A stretch of DNA of 64,000 nucleotides from Bacilli bacterium (GCA_045130875.1 JBGUQI010000022.1:22125-86124), one strand, 5' to 3'. Counted from the stretch's first letter, positions 12,741 to 23,303 are shown. The notes: generated by a model not told the origin, from the sequence alone. Numbers and translations: made by a program.

Positions 12741-13943
12741 TTATTTAACTTTGACTCTCTTGAAATTGCTCACTAAAGCAATACCATCTTTACATTTCAA
12801 AGTGACTTCGCCATTGATTAAAGGACGGATATATCTACGGAAGGATTCATCCATTCTTGTGGCATCTTTCATCATGGATTCAGGAATTAAGCTAACAGCA
12901 TTAGCCACTAAAGAAAGATCCGCTAATTGGAAGTCAATTTTATATGGATTTTCACTGACTCTCTTGAAGATAATCATCTTGCCAGTTTCACCTTTTAAGG
13001 CGGTTTTTACAGCGATTTCACCAGTTTTAATGGCTTCTTCACGGTCAACTTTGGAAATATAAACAGGAGCGGCACGTTGAGTTAAAGATAATTCAACAGC
13101 ACGGGTAGGAAGATTCAATTTGTCTTCCACGATATGGCATAAGTCACTGGCAGCGCCACCTAATTGAGCGTGGCCGAATCCATCGACTCTCACATTCTTC
13201 ATATCTCTAGGGAATTGTAAACCTTCAGAAATACAGATCATCGCATAGCCTTCACGTTCATAGACTTCTTTGACATCCTTTAAGAACTGTTCTAATTCAA
13301 ATTTTCTTTCTGGAATGTAGAAGAGGTGAGGTCTATTTTCTTCAGGAAGAATATCTGGGGAAGCGGTTAACCAACCAGCATCACGGCCCATAACTTCAAC
13401 GATGTGAACCTTACCGACTTTGAAGCAGCAGGCATCTTTAATTAATTCATTGACAGTGTTAACGACAAATTTAGCAGCACTTGGGAAACCCAAGGAGTGA
13501 TCGGTGCACGCTAAATCGTTATCGATGGTTTTTGGAACACCAACAACAATCATATCCAAACCTAATTCCTTGACTAAGATGGATAATTTGTTACAGGTAT
13601 CCATGGAATCGTTACCGCCATTAACAAACACGTATTTGATTTCGTGTTTCTTTAAGGTTTCAATAATCTTTCCATATAATGGGTCATGGATATCCTTAGG
13701 CAATTTTCTTCTTGTAGTGCCTAAGATACTACCTGGAGTTTGGAGCAATAATTCGATTTGCTCATCATCTTCTTGACCAATGTCAATTAAATCATCATCG
13801 ATAAGGCCTTCAATACCGTGTTGAGAACCATAGATGTGATCGATTAATTCTGGGTGTCTTTGTGCTTCTCTAATTGCACCGTAAAAGGAGGTGTTGATGA
13901 CAGAAGTTGGACCACCAGATTGGATGTAAACCATGTTTTTCAT
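12741..13943 (-). CDS. pfp: 6-phosphofructokinase, PPi-dependent type
   Basis: The start is moved to the ATG at 13943, which follows AAGGAGAT (protein starts MKNMVYIQSGGPTSVIN). GGNDS and PKTIDND carry the Asp and Lys signatures associated with PPi-dependent PFKs rather than ATP-dependent ones. Confidence 0.8.
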   Translation of the reverse strand: MKNMVYIQSGGPTSVINTSFYGAIREAQRHPELIDHIYGSQHGIEGLIDDDLIDIGQEDDEQIELLLQTPGSILGTTRRKLPKDIHDPLYGKIIETLKKHEIKYVFVNGGNDSMDTCNKLSILVKELGLDMIVVGVPKTIDNDLACTDHSLGFPSAAKFVVNTVNELIKDACCFKVGKVHIVEVMGRDAGWLTASPDILPEENRPHLFYIPERKFELEQFLKDVKEVYEREGYAMICISEGLQFPRDMKNVRVDGFGHAQLGGAASDLCHIVEDKLNLPTRAVELSLTQRAAPVYISKVDREEAIKTGEIAVKTALKGETGKMIIFKRVSENPYKIDFQLADLSLVANAVSLIPESMMKDATRMDESFRRYIRPLINGEVTLKCKDGIALVSNFKRVKVK

Positions 13944-14245
13944 AAAATAAAAAATCTCCTTAAACATTAATATTATGTCAATATTCAATAGAATATTCAA
14001 CATATATTGGCAAAAATTGAATCAGCTCAAATTGGCTCAAAAATAGACAAAAATAAGCCCTAAAATTGTATATTTAATTTTAACCCACTTTAACATATTT
14101 TTGACTGTGAAAATCTGAGGCAAAATTCAAATGATAATTAATATGCAAAATCGATAAAATCGACCCCCATTATTATTTAATTTGCTATAAAGATGGTTTT
14201 GATATAAAATCAAATTGACCCTAAACATAACGAAAGGAGAATAAC

Positions 14246-15886
14246 ATGTCGTTTAATGTTACTTTTAACAACGAAACAAAAACTTATCACAAGCCTGTTT
14301 CCGTTTTGGATATAGTTGGTCCTGACAAAAACATCATTTGTGCTTTTGTCAATAAACGTGTTCGTGAATTGACTTATATGATTGAAAAAGACTCAGAAGT
14401 CGTTCCTTTAACATGCAAAGATAGAGATGCGAAACCAACCTATGAAGCTTCTTTGCGTTTCATAGTAGCGATGGCGATGCACAACATCAGACCTGATTTA
14501 GAAATCCGTTTCTCTTATAACATCTCCCGTTCTATCTTCTTACAAATCTTAAAACCAGAAGGTGTGACCAGCAGTATGCAAATGGTCAAAGATTTAGAAG
14601 CGGAAATGAATAGAATTGTCGGTGCGGATTATCCATTAGTGAGAAGCATCGTCAATAAGGAAGAAGCCAAGAGAATCTTTGCTCAAGATGGTTATGAAGA
14701 TAAAGTGAAAATCTTACAATACCGTCCCGAGAAGACCGCGCATATCTATACCTGTAATGGATATCGTAACTATATGTATAACCGTATGGTTCCCACAACC
14801 GGATATATTACAAGATGGAAAGTTATCTATTACCATCCAGGTATTATCATTCAATATCCACGTCCAGAAGCCGCAGGTGAAATCCCTCCATTTGAAGATG
14901 CCCCAACATTTGGTAAAACCCTTAAGAGTGCACACCAATGGGCGACATCCACAGGATGCGATACCATTTATGGTATTAACAAGAGAATTGAACAAGATGG
15001 ACCAATCGATTTCATCACCCTTTGTGAGCATAGACACAATCGTCAATTATGTGACTTAGGTCAGATGATTGAAGATGATAGAGAAAACATCCGTTTAATC
15101 TGTATCGCCGGACCTTCCTCTTCAGGAAAGACAACGTTCGCAAACAGATTAAGAATTGAATTATTATCTCGTGGAATGAATCCTATCCGTATCTCTATGG
15201 ATGACTATTATCTCCAAAGAGATCAAGCTCCAAAAGATGAAGATGGTAATCCGGATTTAGAAGATGTCCATGCCTTAGATATCAAACTCTTCAATGAGAA
15301 CATGGCAAACCTCATCGCTGGTGAACCAGTGGATTTACCAAAATTCGATTTCAAACTCGGTCATAGAGTGCCTGGTAGAAAACTTCAAATTCCTACCGAT
15401 CAGCCAATAATCATTGAAGGCATTCATGCCTTAAATGAAATGATGACTGCGAGCATTCCAAGTCACCAGAAATTCAAAATCTTCATCGCTCCTCAAGCAC
15501 AAGTCAATATCGATGATCATAACCCCTTGTCCTTAACAGACTTACGTTTGTTAAGAAGAATCATTCGTGACTACCGCACACGTAATGCAAGCGCGGAAGT
15601 GACCATGAGCATGTGGGCAAGCGTGCGTAAAGGTGAATTCAAATCTATTTACGACACCCAAGAAGGTGCGAACTATGTTTATAACAGCTTCTCATCATTC
15701 GAATTATGTGCGATGAAAAAATATGCAATGCCTTTATTACAAGAAATTGATAATGAAAGCCCATATTTCCCAGTTGCTGAAAGATTAATCAGGATGCTCA
15801 AATTCTTTGATGATATGCCAGATGAATGGGTACCATGTAATTCCATCATCCGTGAATTCATCGGTGGAAGTTGTTACGAAGACTAA
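14246..15886 (+). CDS. TGS-domain/uridine kinase family fusion (nucleoside kinase)
   Basis: 546 aa. The N-terminus resembles a ThrRS-like TGS region. The C-terminus has the P-loop GPSSSGKTT and a uridine-kinase-like fold. An SD AAAGGAG lies upstream. Confidence 0.7.
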   Translation: MSFNVTFNNETKTYHKPVSVLDIVGPDKNIICAFVNKRVRELTYMIEKDSEVVPLTCKDRDAKPTYEASLRFIVAMAMHNIRPDLEIRFSYNISRSIFLQILKPEGVTSSMQMVKDLEAEMNRIVGADYPLVRSIVNKEEAKRIFAQDGYEDKVKILQYRPEKTAHIYTCNGYRNYMYNRMVPTTGYITRWKVIYYHPGIIIQYPRPEAAGEIPPFEDAPTFGKTLKSAHQWATSTGCDTIYGINKRIEQDGPIDFITLCEHRHNRQLCDLGQMIEDDRENIRLICIAGPSSSGKTTFANRLRIELLSRGMNPIRISMDDYYLQRDQAPKDEDGNPDLEDVHALDIKLFNENMANLIAGEPVDLPKFDFKLGHRVPGRKLQIPTDQPIIIEGIHALNEMMTASIPSHQKFKIFIAPQAQVNIDDHNPLSLTDLRLLRRIIRDYRTRNASAEVTMSMWASVRKGEFKSIYDTQEGANYVYNSFSSFELCAMKKYAMPLLQEIDNESPYFPVAERLIRMLKFFDDMPDEWVPCNSIIREFIGGSCYED

Positions 15887-15904
15887 TTAAAACCACAAAC
15901 AAAA

Positions 15905-15931
15905 AGCCAGCTTACTAAGCTGGTTTTTTAT
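15905..15931. terminator. bidirectional rho-independent terminator
   Basis: Stem agccagctt/aagctggtt flanked by an A5 run and a T6 run. The stop codon of the minus-strand ORF sits in the loop. Confidence 0.7.
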
Positions 15932-17039
15932 TTTGCCATTGTCTGAAATTATTCAGTTCGCGCTTATGAATGTTCACCAGTTGCGCGTAATAGACATTTC
16001 TCATCGCTAGATATCTATCCATCTGTTCTTTAGAAACGTGTTTAGCAAATAGTGACATAAAGACTTTTTCTAGTCTAAAGAATGATTCATAAAGAGATAA
16101 CAAAGTGGTGAAGAAGAAATATTCTTTATTGCTATAGATAAGCATGGGAGTGCTATGGATGATTTCGCTGCTCATCTCATAACGGCTAGAATAGGCCGAT
16201 AAACCAGCGATTTTCTCTAAGCCATCTCTGAAATTGAGTTTAAAGGTTTCATCTTCCTTAACGCCTGGAATGCTATAAAGCCAGCCATATTCAATATATT
16301 TCTTGATGTCTTTGCTCTTTAAATCTAAAGCGCGCATCTCTTCCTTCATATCCGCGAAAATCTTATTTCCGTGTTCATCGCTTAAATCTTCTTTTTTGAA
16401 AACAATACCATATTGCATATGGATGAGATAACGGTTGATCATTGGATCGCCATATTTATCTAAAACTAATAATGTACATTCACATTCGTGTAGCGTTCTC
16501 CATGTCGCGAATGCTTGAGTTTCATAACCATCGATTAATAGACCCAAAATAGAACGGGAAATACTGACAGATTTCATTAATAAGTCAGTGATTAATGTAG
16601 TCTTTGGATCATTCTTTTTATAGCTCTGTAATATATTGAGCATGAAGTTCAAATATAGGTTAATAGAAGAAACGGGAGGAATATACTTATTTGCAAGCTT
16701 TCTCTCCACGTGATTAAACATCGATAAGCTCAAATATTTATCGCTGGCGACAGACGCCATTGAGGTAATATAGCGTTCATCTTGAGCGAGTTTTTGCTTT
16801 TCTTCTTCAGTTCGTCCTTGATTTGTATAAGTATATTCACCAAGGCAATAATAAATAATTTCTAGGGGATTTACATTGCGAATTCCACTTAAAATGTTAG
16901 AATCCACAAGATTTTGAATAGCCTCGCTAGTCGTTTCATAAATACTATATAAAACATCTTTATCAACGGGCTGACTTAAAGATAACGAATCGACGACTCG
17001 TAGGAATTGATCTTTATTTAAGATGCTGATATTGCTCAT
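15915..17039 (-). CDS. hypothetical protein (374 aa, helical, no assignable family)
   Basis: Long ORF. Start chosen at the ATG at 17039, preceded by GGAGGTAACGAAA. I recognise no motif with confidence. Confidence 0.6.
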   Translation of the reverse strand: MSNISILNKDQFLRVVDSLSLSQPVDKDVLYSIYETTSEAIQNLVDSNILSGIRNVNPLEIIYYCLGEYTYTNQGRTEEEKQKLAQDERYITSMASVASDKYLSLSMFNHVERKLANKYIPPVSSINLYLNFMLNILQSYKKNDPKTTLITDLLMKSVSISRSILGLLIDGYETQAFATWRTLHECECTLLVLDKYGDPMINRYLIHMQYGIVFKKEDLSDEHGNKIFADMKEEMRALDLKSKDIKKYIEYGWLYSIPGVKEDETFKLNFRDGLEKIAGLSAYSSRYEMSSEIIHSTPMLIYSNKEYFFFTTLLSLYESFFRLEKVFMSLFAKHVSKEQMDRYLAMRNVYYAQLVNIHKRELNNFRQWQNKKPA

Positions 17040-17093
17040 TTTCGTTACCTCCATTTCCACTATTTATATTAAAAATATAGTAGGTTAACAGTT

Positions 17094-18572
17094 TTATTGT
17101 TTGAATGCTCTTGTGGCTTCAATGGCTTTGAGCCATCCATCGTATTTCTCTTTAACGGTTTTGTCATCCATCTCAGGTTCAAAGATCGCTTGATATGTAT
17201 GGATGGATTTGATTTCTTCCAAATCTTTGTAGAAGCCACTGGCAAGTCCAGCGAGATAAGCCACGCCTAAGGCTGTGGTTTCTAAACAGGAAGGAAGCAT
17301 AATCTTGGTGTGTAAGATATCACTTTGGAATTGCATTAAGAATTTGTTCTTGGTGGCGCCTCCATCAACCTTAAGATTCTTCAAAGAACAAGAAGTTTCT
17401 TTACTCATGACTTCAAAGACATCTTTGCATTGATAGGCAATAGCTTCTAAACAGGCTCTAATGAAATGACTCTTTGTGGTGCCTCTAGTCATGCCAAATG
17501 CGGAACCACGCGCATCATCATCCCAGTAAGGTGTGCCTAAGCCCACGAATGCGGGTACGAAATACATACCGTTTGTGTCATTAACTTCTAAAGCATATTT
17601 TTCGCTTTCTGCGGCTTCATGGAGCATTCTCATCTGGTCTCTTAACCATTGGACAACTGAACCACCCACGAAGACAGAACCTTCCAAGGCATAGGTGATT
17701 TTATCACCAATTTGCCAGGCCACTGTGGTCAATAAACCCTTTTTAGATAAAACTGGTTTATCTCCGATATTTAAAAGCATAAAGCAGCCTGTACCATAGG
17801 TATTTTTACTTTCACCAACTTCAAAACATGTCTGTCCAAATAACGCGGCTTGTTGGTCACCCGCAACACCACAGATATCGACATGTTTGGAGAAGAAACT
17901 CGCTGCCCCATAACGATAAGATGAAGGGCAAACTTGAGGAAGCATATTCATTGGAATATTAAAGAGTTTCAATAACTCTTCATCCCATTTATTGGTGTTG
18001 ATGTTATATAACATTGTTCTACTGGCGTTAGAAACATCGGTTGCGTGAACCATACCTTTAGTCATCTTATAGATGATCCAGGAATCCACTGTACCAAATA
18101 ATAATTCGCCTGCTTCCGCTCTTTGTTGGCCGTTTGGAATATGGTCTAAGATAAAACGGATTTTACTCGCTGAGAAATAAGGATTAATTAATAATCCTGT
18201 CTTTTCATGGATTAAGTCCTTGTAGTCTTCTAATTTATCGCAAATCTCTGATGATTGACGAGACTGCCAAATAACTGCGTGATATACTGGTAAACCAGTA
18301 TTCTTATCCCAGATAATCGTGGTTTCTCTCTGATTGGTAATGGCGATAGAATCCACACTATCCATAGTCACATTCTCTTTGACTAAGGCTTCATTAACAA
18401 CATCGATAACAGATACCCAAATGCCTAAGGCATCAGCTTCCACCCAGCCGGGTTTGGGGAAAAGACATTCTACTTCCCTCTGCGCCATCGCGCATGGGTG
18501 ACCTTCGTGGTCAAAAAGAATCGCTCTACTGGATGTTGTTCCTTGGTCGATAGAAAGGATGTATTTCTTCAT
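17094..18572 (-). CDS. glpK: glycerol kinase
   Basis: Start at MKKYILSIDQGTTSSR (18572), just after the upstream stop codon. FGGY kinase motifs are present throughout. Confidence 0.93.
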   Translation of the reverse strand: MKKYILSIDQGTTSSRAILFDHEGHPCAMAQREVECLFPKPGWVEADALGIWVSVIDVVNEALVKENVTMDSVDSIAITNQRETTIIWDKNTGLPVYHAVIWQSRQSSEICDKLEDYKDLIHEKTGLLINPYFSASKIRFILDHIPNGQQRAEAGELLFGTVDSWIIYKMTKGMVHATDVSNASRTMLYNINTNKWDEELLKLFNIPMNMLPQVCPSSYRYGAASFFSKHVDICGVAGDQQAALFGQTCFEVGESKNTYGTGCFMLLNIGDKPVLSKKGLLTTVAWQIGDKITYALEGSVFVGGSVVQWLRDQMRMLHEAAESEKYALEVNDTNGMYFVPAFVGLGTPYWDDDARGSAFGMTRGTTKSHFIRACLEAIAYQCKDVFEVMSKETSCSLKNLKVDGGATKNKFLMQFQSDILHTKIMLPSCLETTALGVAYLAGLASGFYKDLEEIKSIHTYQAIFEPEMDDKTVKEKYDGWLKAIEATRAFKQ

Positions 18573-18573
18573 A

Positions 18574-19833
18574 TTAGTTCCCCTTTGTGCGGAATAATTT
18601 TTCAATATCTTCGATTTCCTTTGGAATTCCGAATGATAAGACTTCCGCTTTATCTTGATGGATTAAAACATCGTCTTCAATACGCACACCGATACCGAGG
18701 TCTGCAAAATATAAACCTGGTTCAACAGTGATGACGTTACCTTCTTCTAAAGGTTTATCACGATTAGAAGTATCGTGAGTGTCTAAACCTAAATGGTGAG
18801 AGACATTATGATAATAGGCTTTCATGATGTCTTCATCTTTCTTTAATAAGCCTAATCTCACACATTCATTCTTTAAGAATGTCTTTGTGTATTCTTGTAA
18901 GTCAGCGATGGTTAAGCCTGCATGGGCATATTCGATAACGGCTTTGTTACAATTTAAGACTGCTTCATAGATGGCTTTACCTTTTCCAGAAAAGACACCA
19001 TCAACAGGGAAGGTACGGGAGATATCCGCACAATAACCATTGCTTTGATATCCTAAATCAAATAAGACTAATTCACCTTGTCTAATTGTTGATGTTTGGG
19101 TTGGGTAATGTAAGCAAGTTGCGTTCTTACCTGCCGCAACGATTGTGCTGAAAGCTAAAGGTGAACGATTGTGTCCACGACCAAAGAATTCAAAGATATC
19201 AGCTAATTCGTATTCAAACATACCAGGTCTTAAGGAGAGAATTAATTTATTAATTCCTAAGCTGGTTGCGTTAATCGCGTCTTTAATCTGTTCAATTTCA
19301 TATTGACTCTTCACCATTCTCATCACTGTGGTAAATGGTTTGAGATCCATAATGGATAATTGGTTATATTTCGCTTCCATCTCCGCGGCAAATGATGTCG
19401 TAGATTTAGCATCATCAATTTTGATTTCGGGAGATAAGTCCACATATAATGTGCTAATTGCACCATATTGGTTATCTTTATTCGTTAAAGCGAGGTCTAA
19501 CATGTTTTCAAAATTGTCAGAGGAATAGACATTTTGTAAACCGCTTATGGAAGAGGCTTCATCAAAGGTAATTCTCTTACCTGTCCACTTCTCTTTGAGT
19601 TCGTTATATTCATCGACGAATAAATAACTCTTCTTCTCACCTAAACCTTTGACCATGATAAGTGCGGAATGCTCTTGTCTAATTCCGGTCAAATAGAAGA
19701 AATTGTTGTTGACAACGAAAGGATAGAATTCATCCTCAGAGGCAATTTTGCTGACACCTGAGAAGACAACAGCCACGCTGTTCTCTCTCATCATTGAGAA
19801 TAGTTTCTCTCTTCTAGCTTCTAATTCTGTCAT
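18574..19833 (-). CDS. Xaa-Pro aminopeptidase (M24B family)
   Basis: 419 aa. Metal-ligand motifs DLGYQSNGYCADISRT, HHLGLDTHD, VEPGLY, IEDDVL. Confidence 0.85.
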   Translation of the reverse strand: MTELEARREKLFSMMRENSVAVVFSGVSKIASEDEFYPFVVNNNFFYLTGIRQEHSALIMVKGLGEKKSYLFVDEYNELKEKWTGKRITFDEASSISGLQNVYSSDNFENMLDLALTNKDNQYGAISTLYVDLSPEIKIDDAKSTTSFAAEMEAKYNQLSIMDLKPFTTVMRMVKSQYEIEQIKDAINATSLGINKLILSLRPGMFEYELADIFEFFGRGHNRSPLAFSTIVAAGKNATCLHYPTQTSTIRQGELVLFDLGYQSNGYCADISRTFPVDGVFSGKGKAIYEAVLNCNKAVIEYAHAGLTIADLQEYTKTFLKNECVRLGLLKKDEDIMKAYYHNVSHHLGLDTHDTSNRDKPLEEGNVITVEPGLYFADLGIGVRIEDDVLIHQDKAEVLSFGIPKEIEDIEKLFRTKGN

Positions 19834-19835
19834 AA

Positions 19836-20657
19836 TTATTCTCCTTCTTTCTTAATTGCTTCTACCACAGGGAGGATCTCTTCTAAAGAGATTTGTTCCA
19901 CTAACCCTGCATCCACTAAAGTGGTATTTTCACTCACTAATGGAAGTTTTGCTAATACATTGAAATTCATTTGTTTAGAGAATTCTTCAAGATGAGATTC
20001 TCCAAATACATTTATGTGTTTGCCACAATCAGGGCAGACTAAATAGGACATATTCTCCACCACACCTAAGACTTTGATGTCCATCATATTAGCCATCTTA
20101 ATGGCTTTAGTGACGATCAAACTCACTAAGTCTTGAGGAGAGGTAACGATGATTAAATCATCGACTGGTAATTGTTGGAAAATGGTTAAAGCCACATCTC
20201 CAGTTCCTGGAGGCATATCGATTAATAAATAATCTAAGTCTTCCCATAAGACATCTTCATAGAACTGTTTGATTAAGCCCCCTAATAATGGACCTCTCCA
20301 AACTATCGGTTCAGTGTCATCTTCTAATAAGCAGTTCGCAGAGATGATTTTGATACCACCTTTAGATTCTAAAGGATAGATTAAATTATCTTCGCCATAA
20401 GCTTTATCTTTGATGCCAAAGGCCTTAGGAATACTGGGGCCGGTAATATCAGCATCCATAATACCAACTTTAAAGCCTTGTCTATTTAAATAGACCGCTA
20501 ATAAGGAAGTGATAAAGGATTTACCCACACCACCTTTTCCAGATAAAACACCGATGATTTTCTTAATCTTGGAACGATCGTTTAATTTGGCTTTTTCAAT
20601 ACGGCTACCGCAGCCTTCAACGCCACAATGTTCGCAATCATGATTACAATCTGCCAT
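19836..20657 (-). CDS. Mrp/NBP35 (ApbC-like) Fe-S cluster carrier ATPase
   Basis: Deviant Walker A GKGGVGKS, CPDCG motif, Cys-rich N-terminus. Confidence 0.85.
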   Translation of the reverse strand: MADCNHDCEHCGVEGCGSRIEKAKLNDRSKIKKIIGVLSGKGGVGKSFITSLLAVYLNRQGFKVGIMDADITGPSIPKAFGIKDKAYGEDNLIYPLESKGGIKIISANCLLEDDTEPIVWRGPLLGGLIKQFYEDVLWEDLDYLLIDMPPGTGDVALTIFQQLPVDDLIIVTSPQDLVSLIVTKAIKMANMMDIKVLGVVENMSYLVCPDCGKHINVFGESHLEEFSKQMNFNVLAKLPLVSENTTLVDAGLVEQISLEEILPVVEAIKKEGE

Positions 20658-20666
20658 AACATTCTC

Positions 20667-21035
20667 CTATTCAATACCTGCTACTTTTAAGACATTAACT
20701 CCCGATTGGACATAGGTTCTTAATAATCTACCAGCGCCTAATAATGTTCCACCGAAGTATCTCACCACCACTAAAGCGGCTTTATTGATGTCCTTCTTCA
20801 TCAAGAGTTCTAATAACGGTCTTCCTGCGGTTCCCTTAGGTTCACGGTCATCACAGGATTTGGTTTTGCCATCGATGCGATAAGCATAGACAACATGTCT
20901 CGCTTTAGAATGCTCTTTTTGAATTTTCGCTAATTCTTTTTTGAATAAACCAGGGTCATCAATGGGAAATAAAATCGCAATAAACTTCGATTTCATAACT
21001 TCTGTCGTGCATTGATATCTCTGAAATATTTCCAT
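20667..21035 (-). CDS. YigZ/IMPACT family protein (N-terminal domain only)
   Basis: 122 aa. Motif YAYRI....DDREPKGTAGRPLL. Confidence 0.7.
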   Translation of the reverse strand: MEIFQRYQCTTEVMKSKFIAILFPIDDPGLFKKELAKIQKEHSKARHVVYAYRIDGKTKSCDDREPKGTAGRPLLELLMKKDINKAALVVVRYFGGTLLGAGRLLRTYVQSGVNVLKVAGIE

Positions 21036-21119
21036 CTTATTAACGTAGCATAACTTAAGTTATCACTACTTTTTTACCTCTATTTAGTGTATAGTTTTTT
21101 CTATAAGAAAGAAACAAAA

Positions 21120-21959
21120 ATGTTATTCGGACGTAAAAATTGCACACAATGTGGAAGTAGTTATGACGTAGTGAGAGAGACTTGTCCGACGTGTCATACC
21201 CGTGACGAGCACTACGCAGAACTCGGTATTCCCAAAAACATCATCTGGTTGCCAATCTATAAGCAACTAATCATTTTCTTTGTCGGATGGTTAGGACTAC
21301 AAATTGTCGGTGAAGTTTTTGCGTTAATCATTCGAAACTATATCTCCGATGAAACCTTCTATTTAATGATCGTTAATCTCGTGAGATATCTCATCGTCGC
21401 TATTGCGTTAGGATGCATCTTAATCGGTAACTACAAAGACTTCAAAAAAGGCTTCACTAAATGGTGGGCTTATCTCATCGGTATCGGTGGCGTTTCCGCA
21501 TTATTAGGATTCAGCATGTTCTATAACTTAATCACGCAATTCATTTATCCTACTGGGCCAAACGCTAATCAAACGGCAATTAACTCCTTATTGGGTTCAT
21601 ATCCGATCTTCTCAATCTTAGTTTTAGGTATCTTAGGACCTGTCGTTGAAGAGCTCACTTATCGTATTGGCTTATTCTCTTTCTTGATGAGAACCAAGAG
21701 ATGGATTGCTTACTTAGTTACTATAGTAGTATTCGCTTTAATACACTTTGATTTCTTCTCTATTATCACCGCGGTTAAAGGTGATCCATCAGAATTAATA
21801 AAAGAATTAATCAATTTACCAAGTTATATATTCGCGGGTGGAGTTCTCTGCGTTTTATATGATACAGTCGGTTTCTCCGCTTCCCTTGTTGCCCATATCG
21901 GTAATAACCTATATTCCATCATTGTCAGCATACTCGCTTTGAAGTTAGGACTCAGTTAA
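21120..21959 (+). CDS. CPBP (CAAX) intramembrane glutamic protease with N-terminal zinc ribbon
   Basis: ATG at 21120. Zinc ribbon CTQCG..CPTCH, then a polytopic region with the EELTYR motif, HF, and a late HIGNN motif. Confidence 0.75.
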   Translation: MLFGRKNCTQCGSSYDVVRETCPTCHTRDEHYAELGIPKNIIWLPIYKQLIIFFVGWLGLQIVGEVFALIIRNYISDETFYLMIVNLVRYLIVAIALGCILIGNYKDFKKGFTKWWAYLIGIGGVSALLGFSMFYNLITQFIYPTGPNANQTAINSLLGSYPIFSILVLGILGPVVEELTYRIGLFSFLMRTKRWIAYLVTIVVFALIHFDFFSIITAVKGDPSELIKELINLPSYIFAGGVLCVLYDTVGFSASLVAHIGNNLYSIIVSILALKLGLS

Positions 21960-21961
21960 TA

Positions 21962-22858
21962 ATGGAAGAAAAAAAGACCTTTAGCTGGGCGATATTGTCC
22001 AGTTTTATATTAAAGATAATGGCCATCGTTTTTATGACCATTGACCATGTCGGAACGATGCTTGAAATGTATGGTGCCGGTCCTTTAGCGTTGACCGATA
22101 CTTTCCGTTATATTGGTAGACTAGCTTTACCACTATTCTGCTTCATGCTTGCGGAAGGTATTAAACATACCAAAAAGCCTGGTCAATATTTCTTGAGATT
22201 AGGAATTATCGGAACCGCAATTACCATCGCTATGGTGGTCATCGAATACGCTCCTCTATTTGAAGGAATATCCATTAGAAGAGATGGTAATATCTTTATT
22301 GATTTACTCTTAGGCGCAATAGCGATATACCTTTTATCTAATAAAAAATGGTATATAAAAATACTCACTATATTACCAGTCGCATTCTCCATATTATCCT
22401 TTGTGGTTACCAGTATTGAAGAAGGAGAAAATATCCTCATCCATTGGTTCCCATTCTTTATAAGAATGCAGTATCACTGCTATTCCATGGCAATGATTCT
22501 ATTCTTCTATCTCATTAGATATCCGGTGAAATGGTTCTTACAAACATATTCCTCTAACTCCGGAATACCTGTAGAAACTTTAGAAGGCACAAACGTGGAA
22601 AGATATATTACAAATATCTTCTCCGCTTTAGTGGTTGTCGTTATCACTTTAGTGTTCTTCCTCTTCCAGATGGCGATGCCAGAACAATATGTCTTCTGGG
22701 ATTGGGGATTTCAAAACTTCGCGATGATTAGTGGAGCATTTCTTTTGCTTTATAGCGGAAAGCGCGGATATAATGCTAAGTGGTTTCAATATGGATGTTA
22801 TCTATATTATCCACTACATCTAATTCTCATTTATATTATTGGAATGTTAGTGTTTTAA
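21962..22858 (+). CDS. TraX family membrane acyltransferase-like protein
   Basis: 298 aa polytopic protein. N-terminus LKIMAIVFMTIDHVG is typical of TraX-family proteins. Confidence 0.65.
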   Translation: MEEKKTFSWAILSSFILKIMAIVFMTIDHVGTMLEMYGAGPLALTDTFRYIGRLALPLFCFMLAEGIKHTKKPGQYFLRLGIIGTAITIAMVVIEYAPLFEGISIRRDGNIFIDLLLGAIAIYLLSNKKWYIKILTILPVAFSILSFVVTSIEEGENILIHWFPFFIRMQYHCYSMAMILFFYLIRYPVKWFLQTYSSNSGIPVETLEGTNVERYITNIFSALVVVVITLVFFLFQMAMPEQYVFWDWGFQNFAMISGAFLLLYSGKRGYNAKWFQYGCYLYYPLHLILIYIIGMLVF

Positions 22859-22872
22859 AAGGAGAAAATAAT

Positions 22873-23184
22873 ATGATTATTCACGTTAAAGATTTAGCAG
22901 AATTCAATGAAAAAGTGTCAAAAGGCCGTGTTTTAGTGGATTTTTACGCCACTTGGTGTGGACCATGTAAGATGCTTGCCCCTATCTTAGAAGAAGTCGA
23001 TCAAAGAGGAGAAGCTGGTGATTTATTAATCGTCAAAGTCGATGTCGATAAAGCCATGGCCATCGCTGGCAAATTTGGAATCCAATCCATCCCCACTCTT
23101 ATTCTCTTTGAGAATGGCCAAGTTAAAGCCACAAGATTAGGCTATATGCCCAAAGCACAATTATTATCTTTCTTACAATTATAA
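22873..23184 (+). CDS. trxA: thioredoxin
   Basis: ATG at 22873 after GGAGAAAATA. Motif DFYATWCGPCK. 103 aa. Confidence 0.93.
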   Translation: MIIHVKDLAEFNEKVSKGRVLVDFYATWCGPCKMLAPILEEVDQRGEAGDLLIVKVDVDKAMAIAGKFGIQSIPTLILFENGQVKATRLGYMPKAQLLSFLQL

Positions 23185-23185
23185 A

Positions 23186-23215
23186 TTTACAATTAATGTC
23201 GCGGTGATATATAAT
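23186..23215 (+). promoter_or_regulatory. candidate sigma-70 type promoter for tRNA-Gly
   Basis: TTTACA, 18-nt spacer, TATAAT. The -10 ends about 15 nt upstream of the tRNA 5' end. Confidence 0.45.
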
Positions 23216-23229
23216 ATCTTCCGCTGACT

Positions 23230-23303
23230 GCAGGTGTAGTTCAGTGGTAGAACACTAGCCTTCCAAGCTAGTTATGCGGGTCCGATTCCCGTCACCTGCT
23301 CCA
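23230..23303 (+). tRNA. tRNA-Gly (anticodon UCC), CCA encoded
   Basis: Acceptor stem gcaggtg/cacctgc. Anticodon stem ctagc/gctag with loop cTTCCaa. T-loop ggtccgattcc. Confidence 0.9.

Noticed and set aside
14004-14245. 240-nt divergent intergenic region, scanned for an RNA gene or riboswitch.
   Set aside because: It is AT-rich with no stable conserved-looking structure. It is best explained as two divergent promoters.
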